Assembly (NCBI GenBank): GCA_038496445.1
Contig: JALMLS010000009.1
Span: forward strand, 1 to 64,000
Source of the DNA: Trichosphaerium sp. ATCC 40318
Taxonomy: Eukaryota; Protista; Tubulinea
Length of the DNA: 64,000 nt
Reading direction: 5' to 3'
A program made the translations under genes and the position numbers. Within the stretch, counting starts at the first letter, position 1. The number at the start of each line of letters is the position of its first letter. A model generated the notes under the pieces. It searched no databases, was not told the DNA's origin, and saw nothing but the letters and a program-made list of their open reading frames with translations. Shown here piece after piece: positions 1-12,800 of this stretch.

Positions 1-2273
1 TTTCATTTGGTCACCAATTTGCAGAAGGTAGACCTGACTCACATGTTTATACGCTTATTTATCTCAGATGTGGACATCCAAGAAGTAGTCAAAAAGATGA
101 TTATCAAGCACCTATATTTCTACAGTTTTCTAGAGTGTGTTCACTATATCCAAGTGAGTATCCGTTTGCTTTTGAGTTCAACGAAGTACGTATTCTATTT
201 TATTCATAAAACGGGAAAAAAAAGTTGAGCCATACCATTTAATTCGTTATGTCAACAAACAGTTATGTGTTGCGATTTTTTGTCTTACTTCATTCTTTAC
301 AAACAGGAGTACTTGCTAGTTCTTTGTGAACACTGTTATAGTTGTGCTTTTGGTACATTTTTGTGCGACTCAGAGAAGGAACGCAGAGATCGTAAAATAC
401 ATGCAAGAACACCTTCATTGTGGGATTACATAGAGCAAAAGAAGCACCTCTTCAAAAATCCGTTTTATAATCTTTCAAAAACACGTGCGTACCTCTCAGA
501 AATTCGAAAAAAAAGACAAGAACAAAAAAATGCCAGCGCTCTATTTGCTCTTTAAACTACCTCTGTTATGGGTTTGTTTATCCTTTCATGCATATACGGA
601 CTTATATTTAGTGAGTGTAGTTGATAATAGAACGACAAACGAAATGGCTTCACACATTAAGAGCGCACCTCTTTATCCTGCGGTTGATGTAAGAAAGATG
701 AACGTTTGGCAGAAATTCTATTTTAGATGGAACCCTGACCTCAAACCACAAGTATCAGGGGAGCTAGGAATGTATGAAGAATCACTAGTCAAAGTACTTG
801 ATCAGAACGAGAAGCTCAAGAGGACGCTTAAACGAGCTTTTATCCTTTTAAAGAAAAAAGAACAAAAATACAAAGAATTAACAGATGCTTTGTTGAAAGC
901 TACTGGTAAAGTACCTCAGCCGACATCTGATGTACAACAAACAATGCATGATGATGAAACAGATAGACTTATAGCAAAAGCAGCAAGGGCTATGGTAGAA
1001 GAAGAGAAGGTTGCTCCGGGAGATAAAGATGAGAGTACCGATGAGAATGATGATAGTGAGGAAGATAGCAAAATGGTCGGTCATAAACCTCTTAGATCTT
1101 CTTCAAAAGTTGACCCTCCAAGAAGACGTAAAGGTATGTGTCGAAGACATTTAGGTGCCCTTAAAACAAAATCAATCCGTCCACCACGTGTTTTTTTAAC
1201 TTTTTTTTTGCAAAAATTGATATTTCTTGCTATTCAAAAAATCAGTTGTTCCTCTTCCTGCTTATAGCTTTGCATCATGTGAAAACAAAAAGTTGTAAAT
1301 GATCTTTTCTAAGCGCATGAGATGTATCAAAGTGCTTTTGGAAGGAACGAAGAATAGCTGATTTTTTGTTTTGTTTCTGCAGAAAAAAGTTTGTTTGTTC
1401 ATTACTGTGTCTTGCTTGTGCTGACCATTTTATCCTTCAATGTTTAGATAGTATTTCACTAAGAAAGACAAAATACAATAGACAACGTTCTAGAGCACTC
1501 GATGGTGAAGATCAAGAGTCATCATCAATGAAAAAAGATAAGAAAATAAAATCCAATGAAGAAAAAAGTGGTAATCACAGGAGACAGAAATCAGAGGAAA
1601 AGGTTGTTACTGTTTTTGATAGACATGAGCATCTTAAATTGAGCGGAAAAAATAAATCAAGATTAAACAATGTAAGACACAGGAATCAAGACGTTGATAA
1701 AATATCACCTGTGGCAATGGAGCTTAATGCTAAAGGTTTTATGACAGGTAAGCATTAGGGGGTAGGGAGTTTTTTTCAAAAATCAAAATTTATGTTTTTC
1801 TGCTTAGAAGCACATCACGTGACTGAAAATTTTCGAGCATTACTTCATCACATTCTGTTTTTATTTTTAACCTATTTACTACCGTATCTTGTTTTGTAAA
1901 ACAACCGACGGACGTGTAACAATTCCAAAAAAAAAGAACTTAAATTGCTGTTTAAATTATTTTTGGCTCTCCACGACGCCAGAAGAACATCATGAAGATT
2001 CTTTTTGTTTGTTTTCTAAGTACTATATTTATTTTATATTGACACGTGTTATTAGGTAAGGATAACTCCATGCACAGGCGTAGAGTGAAAAGAAAGCCAA
2101 AAAGAGAAATTATAAAGGCTAATTCAATTCCTTTTGAAAAAGTTAGTGATAACGGTAGAACCACTTCACCGCGATCTATTAGTAGGTCACATTCTCAATC
2201 AACATCTACTGTTCCTGTCAAACGAAATGATATAAAATTTGAAGAAGAAGACCAAGATGCTAACTCATTGTAA
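1..2273 (+). CDS. Myotubularin-related phosphoinositide phosphatase, 3' part (multi-exon, starts upstream of window) with coiled coil and basic low-complexity tail
   Basis: Myotubularin C-terminal motifs across exons: SFGHQF..CGH, PIFLQF-LECV, YPFAFEFNE, HCYSCAFGTFLCDSEKER, SLWDYI..FKNPFY, LYP..VWQKFYFRWNP. Three single-base indels in nt 20-160 must be invoked (see findings). Confidence 0.85.
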
Positions 2274-2512
2274 AGAAAAACCTAGTATTAAAGAAAAAAA
2301 AAATAATCTTGTACCAACACATTGTCTTCGATTTTTCATGGACACAATCCACACCGATTTGCTTGAATGTAGTTTAAGCAAATTGACATTAAAGAGAGTT
2401 CTCAGTCGTTAAGATTATGTCACATTCCAAAGACTTTGTTTCAGTCAACCATAAAGGAACATTGGAAAGCTATACACCGTAGGGAATAAAAAATGGAAAA
2501 AAACATGGAAAA

Positions 2513-2633
2513 CTTGGGTTCAGTTTTACTATTGGCAAGACTGCAACAGTGGTACCTAGTTCTTATAGAGTGATATACTATAGGTACCACTGTTGTTTGC
2601 GACAGTCTTGTCAATAGTAAGACTGAACCCAAG
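2513..2633 (+). repeat. 121-nt near-perfect inverted repeat/hairpin (pre-miRNA-like or MITE-like)
   Basis: CTTGGGTTCAGTTTTACTATTGGCAAGACTG pairs with CAGTCTTGTCAATAGTAAGACTGAACCCAAG (31 bp, 2 G-U). After a 7-nt bulge, CAACAGTGGTACCTA pairs perfectly with TAGGTACCACTGTTG (15 bp). Confidence 0.85.
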
Positions 2634-2844
2634 CATTGCAGTCTTCTTCCTTCGCTTCCGCAAGTTTCCTGCAAATTGGCAGGAGAACAGTTCCCAGTGG
2701 CGACATTACTGAACACAACAAAGTCTGTCATTGCAAAGCGTGCACTCATTTATCACGCCGCATAGGAATATTAAACGGTTAGGCAAAGCGAACTGTGAAC
2801 TACCACTTACTTCTTAACCGATTCTGTGCCTATTTGCCAACAAT

Positions 2845-4161
2845 ATGGATCAAGAGCTCCTTTCTACAGCAATTGCGAAAAACCAACAAGCAGACGAGAC
2901 ACAAGAACAGGTATCCGCTCTCCTCGCATTGCCAATTGAAATAATAGCACAAATACTGAAGTGTGGCTCATTTACACTGCGTTCTGCGCTATCATGTCAT
3001 TTACTGCGCGATATCGTACGTAATCACGTTGGATACAATACCATCGTGGTTACTAGAGAAGAAGAATTGTATGAGCTGTCTGGCAGCCCTATGCTTCAAA
3101 ACTCGACTATTTCATTGAAACGCTTTACAAAGGTAACTGATAATCAGTTATCCTTGCTTAAAGGTGTACATACAATTGACATCTCAGGTTGTCGGAAACT
3201 CACAGAAAAATGTCTTATTCATCTCAGAGGTACTCATAGTATAGACATGAGTTATGGCTTTGCTACAGACTCTACACTTCGTAAACTTGCTGGTATACAT
3301 ACATTGAAACTTGAAGGTTGTAAAAAAATTACAGATGAAGGTATAGAAGCATTAGCTGGTATACATGCAATTCATTTATCATGTACAAATGTGACAGATA
3401 GAGGTCTCAAGTCTTTGGCTGGAGTACATACAATAGATATAAGTGAAACCAAAGTAACAGATGAGGGTATAAAGGCGTTGGCTGGTGTACATGAAATTGA
3501 TGTAAGTTTTACAGGGGTAACAGATAAAGGTTTGAAGGCGTTAGTAGGCGTACATACAATCATGTTAAATGGAACAAGTGTGACACATGAAGGTATTAAA
3601 GACTTATCTGGAGTACACACAATTGAGTTGTGGAATTGTGACCATATCAAAGATGCCGGAGTGAAAGCACTAAAGGGTGTTTATTCAATCAATTTAAGTC
3701 ATTGTCGTAATATTACAGCTATGGGTATCAAAGAATTGGCTGGTGTTCATGATATCAACTTAACTTTTGCAGACATAACAGATGAAGGTTTAAAAGCATT
3801 GGCTGGCGTACATACTATTAACTTGCGTCACTGTAAATCAATATCAGACGAAGGCATCAAAGCATTGGCTGGTGTTCATACAATTAATCTATCGCACACT
3901 AAGGTGACAGATGAAGGCATTGAGTACTTGGCAGGGGTACACAAGATTGATTTATCACATACAAGAGTGACGAATGAAGGCTTGAGAGCATTGGCTGGTG
4001 TATACGCTATCAATTTAGATTATTGTTTGTTGATAACAGATAATGGTGTAAAAGCATTGGTTGGTGTCCGTGATATTTCTTTACAGGACACAAATGTAAC
4101 TCAAGAAGGTGTCAAGGTATTGGTTGGCACACATAGCATTCGCCTAAACAATCCGTGGTGA
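2845..4161 (+). CDS. F-box-like / leucine-rich repeat protein (intronless)
   Basis: 438-aa ORF. N-terminal LLALPIEIIAQIL F-box-like start, then about 16 repeats of 21-22 aa, GVHTIdLSxTxVTDEGIKALA. Confidence 0.9.
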   Translation: MDQELLSTAIAKNQQADETQEQVSALLALPIEIIAQILKCGSFTLRSALSCHLLRDIVRNHVGYNTIVVTREEELYELSGSPMLQNSTISLKRFTKVTDNQLSLLKGVHTIDISGCRKLTEKCLIHLRGTHSIDMSYGFATDSTLRKLAGIHTLKLEGCKKITDEGIEALAGIHAIHLSCTNVTDRGLKSLAGVHTIDISETKVTDEGIKALAGVHEIDVSFTGVTDKGLKALVGVHTIMLNGTSVTHEGIKDLSGVHTIELWNCDHIKDAGVKALKGVYSINLSHCRNITAMGIKELAGVHDINLTFADITDEGLKALAGVHTINLRHCKSISDEGIKALAGVHTINLSHTKVTDEGIEYLAGVHKIDLSHTRVTNEGLRALAGVYAINLDYCLLITDNGVKALVGVRDISLQDTNVTQEGVKVLVGTHSIRLNNPW

Positions 4162-4694
4162 GATTAATGGACCGGCTTAACAATTCCCTCAAAATGTACA
4201 AAAAAAAAGCAGAATTCCCAATGATCCTTCGCAACGTTGGTGACTATTTTAAAGCTGTACAACAATTGCTAAACAATTTATACATCAACTTGAGTATTTC
4301 CCAGTGCTTGTTTGCTAACAGAGTTCTATTGTTACTACAATGAGAATCCTTTTCTGCAGTATTTAATAAAGCATGGAACCCATTGTTCAAACGTGACTTT
4401 GTAGGCATTCAACAATATCTTTGATGTAGAAAGTTTCTGACAAACAGAAACAATTTGAGAAGTCAACTTACTGTAAGCGGAATGTCATTGGCCGGTGGCA
4501 ATTAAAGTGAGAGCTTCGGTTTGTTCTACTGCAACAATGGTTGAGTGGACAACGCAGTAAATGTTGTAGTGTAAAAGCAGGAAAAGATGCTTAAGGGACA
4601 GGTAATTTAGAAAAACAAGCAATGTACAACAAAAATGCTGAAAACAAATTACTGTTTCTTCTTTTGCTACTCTACACTAACATAATCATTGCCT

Positions 4695-6035
4695 TCAAAG
4701 CCTGTAATAACGCACAGCGTTACTATAAAATAACTTTCGTCTATCAGCTTTGCTAAAATCCTTTGTAATATCTTTGAACGCTGTCCATAGTTTATCGTAT
4801 GAGGAGAGTAGTTTGTCCACAGGGAAGTTGCTTGCGAACATACATCTATCGACACCAAAAATCTCAATTGTCTTCAATACAAATGGAGAAAAGCTTTCTA
4901 CTGTCCAATCATGGTCAAACATGCCTATGAGGAGTAATTAATGAGAATGATCTAAAAGAGGAAGCTTGAAAACAGTACCTAATCCAGAAATTTTAATACC
5001 AACGTTTGGGAACCTAAAAAATAGCTTAGTACTCTGTTGTCACGTGATTTTATAATACCTAGCAACATTCTTCATAGCGTCTTCCCATTCTTTAAACGCT
5101 TCTGGAGTACGCTCAATACACATACCTATGAGATAATCTTTAGAGCCTAAAGTAACGTTTACGGTCAAAAGAATACTAACCCGTGTGATTTACTATAAAA
5201 GTTAGTTCTGGTAACTTTTCTATTATAGGTACGAGCTCTCCAACTTGGTGAGGGTACAGATGTGTTTCGAAATGTAGATTATACTTGGGTAACAAAGCAA
5301 GACCTTTTTGCCATTGTGGGTCAATAAGAAAATTCTTTGGAGCAAAAGAATATTCTGGCTTCTTTTCATGCCAGTTAAGAAGTTGTCTTATACCCCTAAA
5401 TACAACGTTTCGTGTCATTTCGTGTCACGTGATTTGGTAAAATTACTTATGGTTCTCCATACCTCAAGTTTTTGCACACGGCATGTTTCTTCAATGCATC
5501 TTCAACGCAGGGATCCTCCAAGTTTACTTTGGCCGAAATACCCTGAGGAAAATCATTCTCTCCTAAATAAAAATTAACAACTAAAAAATGACGTGTTACC
5601 AAGCCCTGTGCGAGTGTAAAACCCTATCAACATTACCATACAAGGCGCAAAAAACTTACCTTTACTTTTAGCATCATCGGCAAGTTTTTGGAGCCATAAT
5701 GTCTCTTTTAGCGAGTCCTCTGCTTCTGCTTGTATATGAACTGAATAAAACTGTCAAAAAAGAAGAACTAGACAAAATACAATTCAACTCGCCTGATTTC
5801 GTTACGTTTTGGTTTTTATTATCTTTTTTATAATCACCAGGAAGGTAGTTATCGCGTATATGGACCAGTTTGCCTGCTATATGATCTTCACCTTCAAAAA
5901 AGTTATAAAAAACGTTAAACTTGGCCTTTCGCTTTAAAAAATGCGTAGACTTATACCTTGAAGCCATTTGTACTCATTAGCTTCGTGTGACCAAAAGTGG
6001 TGGTGTGGATCACAAATTTCAAATTGCTCTGCCAT
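4695..6035 (-). CDS. Amidohydrolase_2 family metal-dependent hydrolase (L-fuconolactonase-like), multi-exon
   Basis: MAEQFEICDPHHHFW start; RGIRQLL, IVNHTG, IKISGL, FGVDRCMFASNFPVD and NAVRYYRL motifs in exons bounded by GT..AG. Confidence 0.9.
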
Positions 6036-6543
6036 GTGTAGCGACTTTTCAAAAAAGCTTTTTACGGACAAGGCATTTTACCAAGTTTGACATTTCATTC
6101 GCTTCTTTCTTTACAACATCAACGATCTACGACATCCTTCACGTCACAACAATCTTTGAAGTAGAAGAAATGACGTAACACATCTCATACAGTTATTCAA
6201 ACTACTCAAGGTAGGAATGAGCTTAAACAGCAAACAACAACATTAACTACAAAAAAATACAACACGTGATGCGTGTGTTGATGACACGCTTTTAATACCG
6301 AACCAGAACAAAGCATGTTGAACTCACGGTATGCTCACGCATGTGGTATGGTCAAAGACGCGAGAGTAGTTCAAACGAGAACGGAATGAATACACAACAA
6401 AAAATACTCTCAACAGCTTTGAATATGTTGTTTAACCTGATTATGTTATACGCCACTTGTAGTTGCACTCATTGGACCAAAAAGCGGACAGCTGTTTAAG
6501 GAAAGTTGCTTGTAACTTAAGTATTTTACTCGGATTCACAACC

Positions 6544-9074
6544 ATGTTCGCAAGACTAGCATCACGAAGCACACAGGTATGTATGTATTATACTTGCTCA
6601 AACTCAATGAGTTTATCTATTAGATTTCCGCACGCGCTACAGCTCCAGCTGTCTCTAAAAAGAGCTACGCTACTGTACAAGATGAATCTGTACGTTTGAC
6701 AAGTTGTCGTAAAAATTAAACTCTGGTGTAGGGTCTCAAAGAGCGAGTCCGCGCTTTGATCCCAGAAAAGACTGCAGAGATCGTTGAGCTTCGTAAACAG
6801 GTCGGCAGCACTGTCATTGGACAATGTACCGTTGATCAAGTAAGATCCCCTTTTAGTGATTTAAACACGTTCTCACACTAATAAATAGGCATACGGTGGT
6901 ATGCGCGGTGTTAAGAGCATGGTTTCAGATATTTCTCTACTTGACGCTGAAGAGGTGCGGAAAAATAATCACGGACACATAAATTATGCCTAGAGAATAT
7001 TTCAAAGCACTTTCCAAAACATTCGTCATGTTATTGCTTTTCATTATCTTACGAGTTTTTAGGGTATCCGATTCCGTGGCTTGTCCATTCCACAATGCCA
7101 AGAGCAACTCCCAAAGGCTGCGGGTACGTTGTAGTCTTTTAGCCGTTAGAAAACCCTTCAAGGCAGTTTATGATGCACAACAAGCCACTAGAGTGCTACT
7201 ACTATTTATGGTGGTACACTATGACGGAGGCGCAGGGGCGCTGATTAGCCACTTAGCATGAAAAAGCATATTTTATGTAAATGGTTTAAAAAGTCTTACT
7301 TTATCTCAAGGCGGTAAGGAACCACTCCCAGAAGCTTTGACTTGGCTCCTTCTCACAGGCGAGGTATGTTTTATCATTTTCTCTGTTGGTTCCCAACTTT
7401 AAGCGTAAGGGTCTGCAATTTAGTTCTCACAATGCGCTTTAGGTCCCAACAGTTGATCAAACTAAGGCTGTAACCGCTGAATTGAACAAACGTGCTGGTC
7501 TTCCAGAGCACGTCACCAACATGCTCAAAGCATTCCCAAAGGACTTGCACCCAATGAGCCAATTTTCTGCTGGTGTTTTGGGTACGTATTGACGAGAACG
7601 CCAGGAAATCCTGTTTTTCGAAGACAAAATGCTGACGTTTTCAACTAGCCTTGCAAAGAGACAGTTTGTTCGCAAAGGCATACCAAGACGGTGTCCGCAA
7701 GAGCGAATACTGGGATTCCACTTTTGAAGATTCCCTTAACTTGATCGCCAAGCTCCCAGAGCTCAGCGCAACCATCTACAGGTAAAGAGCCACAAACGTT
7801 CGTCTTTATTGAATACACATTTACTCTTCCGTTTAGAAACGTATACAAAGACGGTGTTGTAGCTCCAGTTGATCCAAACCTTGATTACTCCGCAAACTAC
7901 GCTAGGTAAACTTTTCTTTTGATTTATTTCATTTTATCGGTTTTTTTTGTATCATCTCTAATACGTTTTCAGACAACTCGGTTTCAACGACCCTACCATT
8001 GATGACTTGCTCCGTTTGTACTTGGTTATTCACAGCGACCACGAAGCTGGTAACGTCAGGTAAGATTTCTCCTTCTTTTATTTTTGTAATTTTCACTGTA
8101 GTGCCCACACAACCCACTTGGTCGGTTCTGCTCTTTCTGATCCATACCTCGCATTCTCTGCTGGTCTTAACGGACTCGCTGGACCACTTCACGGTCTTGC
8201 TAACCAAGAGGTATTAAAACCAACCTTATTTACCTACAAAGAACTTACCGATTATTCAAGGTCCTCTCATGGCTCAACGGTGTCCAAAAGGAACTCAACG
8301 GTGCTGAACCAACTAACGAGAACATCTACCAAGCTATCAAGAATACTCGTGACTCAGGTCGTGTTGTTCCTGGATTTGGTCATGCTGTACTCAGGTAAAA
8401 ATGGAAACCCTATCCACAAAAATCAAAAACTGAAAACTTTTCCGAATTTTTTTATTTTTTACTTTTTTCTCACTTGCACTCACTTACATGAACTTTAGAA
8501 AGACTGATCCTCGTTACACTGCTCAACGTGAGTTTGCTTTGAAACATATGGCTGGTACGTATTTATTTGAGAATACTGCAGAAAAGTTTTTTCTAAACTG
8601 ATTATCACAGATGATCCATTGTTCAAATTGGTATCAAAGGTTTACGAAGTTGCTCCTGATGCTCTCACCAAGCTCAGCCGCACCAAAAACCCATACCCTA
8701 ACGTAGACGCCCACAGGTACGAGTTGTTATCTTCATTGATCGCTTTTTGAATCGATTGAAAGATGAAATAGTTTTCTCAAGTTTTATTACTTTAATCTAA
8801 TCGTTTTCGTTAGCGGATGCTTGTTGATGCACTACGGTATCACTGAGCAAAACTTCTACACAGTTATGTTTGGAGTATCCAGGTACGGCTTGAAAAAACG
8901 CTTGCTTATGTGAAAAGCACTGCGATGCGTCAACTATAACTCAACTAACCATCTCCCTTTAGAGCTTTGGGTGTCCTCTCCAACCAAGTTTGGAGCCGCG
9001 CTTTCTCTATGCCTATCGAAAGACCAAAATCAGTCACCACTGAATGGATCAAAAACAACGTCAAGGCCCAATAA
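6544..9074 (+). CDS. CS: Mitochondrial citrate synthase (about 16 exons)
   Basis: Presequence MFARLASRS; [65 protein letters not shown] and FGVSRALG motifs. Confidence 0.97.
7162..7250 (+). ncRNA. Intronic box C/D snoRNA, predicted guide for U6 snRNA Cm62 (SNORD94-like target)
   Basis: Lies in the 187-nt intron 7124-7310. Box C-like ATGATGC 7170-7176, box D CTGA 7241-7244, guide GCGCAGGGGC 7230-7239 (reverse complement of U6 GCCCCUGCGC), C'-like ATGACGG, short GGC/GCC terminal stem. Confidence 0.75.
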
Positions 9075-9861
9075 ATGTATGTTGCAAGTTTTTCTAACAA
9101 TTAGCCGATCAATACGAAAAAAAATAAAAATACCGCGCTTGTTATGCAACAAAAACCTAATACTATGACTTTGTTTTTGTTTTTAGTTGGTTCCAGTATG
9201 TTTCCGGTGGGTTTCGCGCTTTATAGGACAATTTGGAAAATGTACGAAGCCTAAGAAAACTTTCTAAAACGGTTTAAAATCCGTAATTCTATTCTGAATA
9301 GACCCGCAGGGTAGTAGTTGTTGTTAAAATCGCAAAAAAATCGAGTTGTGTTCGGTACATCGTCGTAAAAACCCCATTTGTTTAATTTCTCCTGTTATGG
9401 TTTAGTTCTTGCAGCGGTAATGCGCTTGCACTATTCTGTGCTTACCGTGCAAACGTTTTATGCGTTCGCCTTTGGAAAAGGCGCTAGGAAAAACTGTTTA
9501 GCAACTCCAAGCAAAACTAAGTGCTCCTTAGCATTCTAGTCACATAAAATGATGCGCGCGATGCTTTTTTTACCGCAAAGATTTAGTGCGGTTGCAAGTC
9601 GACTTGTTTTTGTGTTCACCTAGAAAGCTTTTCCTTGACGTCACAAACGATTTCATTGATGAACTTACTTATCAACAGACAAGAAAGCAAAAGTTCTTAT
9701 TTGTCCGTTGATACTCCGTTTTGTCAAGCCATCACTATTGTCCCTTGTTCACTTATCAAAAAGCATCACAAAAACGTTAAAATAAAACTGCATTTTTTGA
9801 CGAATAAGAAAAAACTGGTTTCGGTTTTTTTCTATTCTCGCTCAGCCATAATACAGGGCGT

Positions 9862-12800
9862 ATGGTGTGCATAGCGCTAATCACGAAGGTTTTTTCAGCC
9901 AATGTCAAATTTGTGCGGTCGTTTTTGCTAATTTCTACGTCTTTTTTGAATTTGCCAAATACGCTTACGCAACAAATCGCAAGAGCGAAGATTTTTCACA
10001 ACGCGACATCAGATCCGTTGGTACGTACACGTAGCCTTACAAAGAGGCATCAACAAAAATTTCTCCGTGCCCATAATTTCTCCCGCTTTGCTCTACCATA
10101 CACGCTATTATCACGCCTATATTACGCACAGGCATTTTCACCTCGTAAAAGAAAAATACTCGCCAAAACACGGAACAGCTTCTATTACACCTTCAACGTT
10201 GATTTTAATATGTTTCATAGGAATACATACTACAAACGAAAGAATTAAAGCGTTACAAACGCGAGTTTTTTAGATCTCTCACGAGTAAGTTACTGTTACC
10301 CTAGGCGCTCTTTAACAATATCCGTTTAGATTTTTCGTTAGCTTTGTTAACTTTTGCGCAATGAACACCACAGTTATTAGCGTTCCCGCTGAAATGCGGC
10401 TCAAACCTACGCTACCTAGTCCATGCACCGTAATGGGGGTATCGTTAATGAGAGAAACGCTAGAAATGAACGAAATACGCCAGCATATTTTCCGTCCAGG
10501 TTTGTACTTTTACCACGCTAATAACCTATTTAACGAATTATTAGGCACCTACGAACTAAATAAAAAATCGGCGTTGTACTATGTCCTTACGATTACGCCA
10601 AGAATAATTGGCTGGTCCAAAATAATATCTGTACCATCCAACTGGCGCTTACCAGGTAATTCTAACGTTTTTCGTCTTCGTTGATTGGTTTTTAACCCCT
10701 ACAAGGTAAAGTCACATCAAAACAACAAAACGGCAAAAAGTACAGGCGCGCAGAATACGGCTATTGGCGCTTATTTGAATCACTTGGTTTGGAGCAAAGC
10801 CCAAAGCATCGGGCGACAGGTATGACGCCAACGAATTATTTTTCTTTTTTCGGTTTTGTGTACCTTTAGCATATTCGCAAATTAATCGATTTTCGTCTTA
10901 AGGTCACAACCACGAGTGGCAGATACGCGGCGGACCAGGAGATTCGGATTTAGTACGACAATGGATCGTTAATTTCGAAAAATCTTTACGCGCAATGGGA
11001 GCGACTTGGAAGCCTCCTGAGCCTGGTGGTACGATACTTTTTGGGAGTTATACTTTTCGCTTAAAATAACGTAACCTTTTTTTGACCTATTTGTTGTGTA
11101 GACTTACCCGAACAAAACATCTCGCAATCACAAAAGCGTGGGCGCAAAAGAGGTCCAACGTATCAATCTCGCGAAAGACAAAAGATTTGGCGTCGAAATG
11201 CGAAAAAACATAAACTTGAAGACCAACTACGCGAGTGGGAACAACGCGTTACGTACGTTCTTTTTTTTTTTTGCAGCCTGTTTGATCTTTTTTACTGATG
11301 GTCTTCAGTGTTCTAAAAAAGCAGATCTCTACAGAACAGGCTGATTACGCAAACAAACAAGGTACACATAACGGTTTTTTTGAGACAAGTTTAGTTTGCT
11401 GACGTTTCATTTCAGCCAAGAGAAAGGATGAATCGCTTGAACCATTGGAGCAATTGGTACTCTCTGCTCTCGTTGAGGGCGCAGGAGACCGAAAACGGTT
11501 AACTAGTACATCAACTAGCGAAACAAGCCAAAAAGCTACTACGTACTCTCCACCATGCCAACGCGTTGGAGAAAAGCGCAAGCTTATGGATTCTGGCAAC
11601 TATACACAGCAGCAACCGAAAAAAGTCAGGAAACTTAGCGTAAAGCGACCACACGCTCTTCCAACGGTAAATAATCAAGCAAAGACAGTTTACAACAAAA
11701 CTAAATACTTTTTGTAGAGCAACTTACCTTTTCAGTTCGCTGATCAGTTCTACCTTGCAACGAATAGCGTCCGGGATCAATTTTACTCATCTGTACAGAG
11801 TACGTACAGAAAGTTTTTTTTACTTTTTTTCTTCTTTTTTTAATTGACGGCTTTATGATTAGATACTGTCCCTACAAAGGGCTTTGGTGCTGAGGATTAT
11901 AGATACTGGGCATGGACCCAATATGCTCTTGTAAACAACGTGTATTATGGAGTAAAAGAGGAGGATGACTTGCCTGTGGCTGTCTACTTTTCTGATGCTG
12001 GTGTACGATTTTACATTGTTTTTTCTTGTAGAAAAAAAACATTGCTGATATCAAACCCCTTAGACTAAGGCTCTAGACAAAAAAATTGCGTGGTGGCAAG
12101 ATTATAAAGACTGTCCTCAGGTTATTCGTTATGTTGGTAAACGTGAAGGATGTCTTGCGACTGATCTTCCTTACGCATCGTTGCAGTACGTTTTTTACTC
12201 AATTTTTTTTTTGGATATTTTTCGCCAAAGATTACTCGTAATAACACCGTTTTTGGCATTATTTCTTATTATTTTATTCAAGGCAACTCGCTTCCAGATG
12301 GCGTCAGAAGAACTGGCCAGTAATGGAGCGAGGTATAAAGGCATCTCACCTGTTTTTGTGTAAGATTATGCTTTCGCGTATATTATGTAGTCTGAGCCAA
12401 GTGAATGCTTGGCAAGGTAAATCAGGTACGTATTACTCCTTTTTTGTTTTGGTTTTTTTTATTACTCGTAAAAATAACCCTTTTTAGCGTTTGATTTCGG
12501 CCAAATTAATCCGGACAATATCTTGGTTAGTAACTTTGCTCCTGGGCAGTTTAGAATCAATATTTGTTTTGCTACCTTCAGTACACGAACGGAATGGGCC
12601 TCACCTGAGAAAGAAGGTGGTTTTAAACACCCTAAAACAGATGTATACACTATCGGTGAGTGTTCCTTTATTTTTTTTCGCAGTTTTTTTTAATTGTTCA
12701 CGTTGACTTTGGGAACTTTTTTTTTGATTTTTCTTTAAAGGGTTATTGCTGTTCTGGCTTTTTACTGGTTGTGAACCTGATGCAAATCTTTCAACGGAAG

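Noticed and set aside
3372-3650. Numerous short antisense or alternative-frame ORFs in the track (e.g. 3372-3650, 7374-7848, 37186-37500, 54016-54237)
   Set aside because: They are shadows of real coding exons on the opposite strand or frame.
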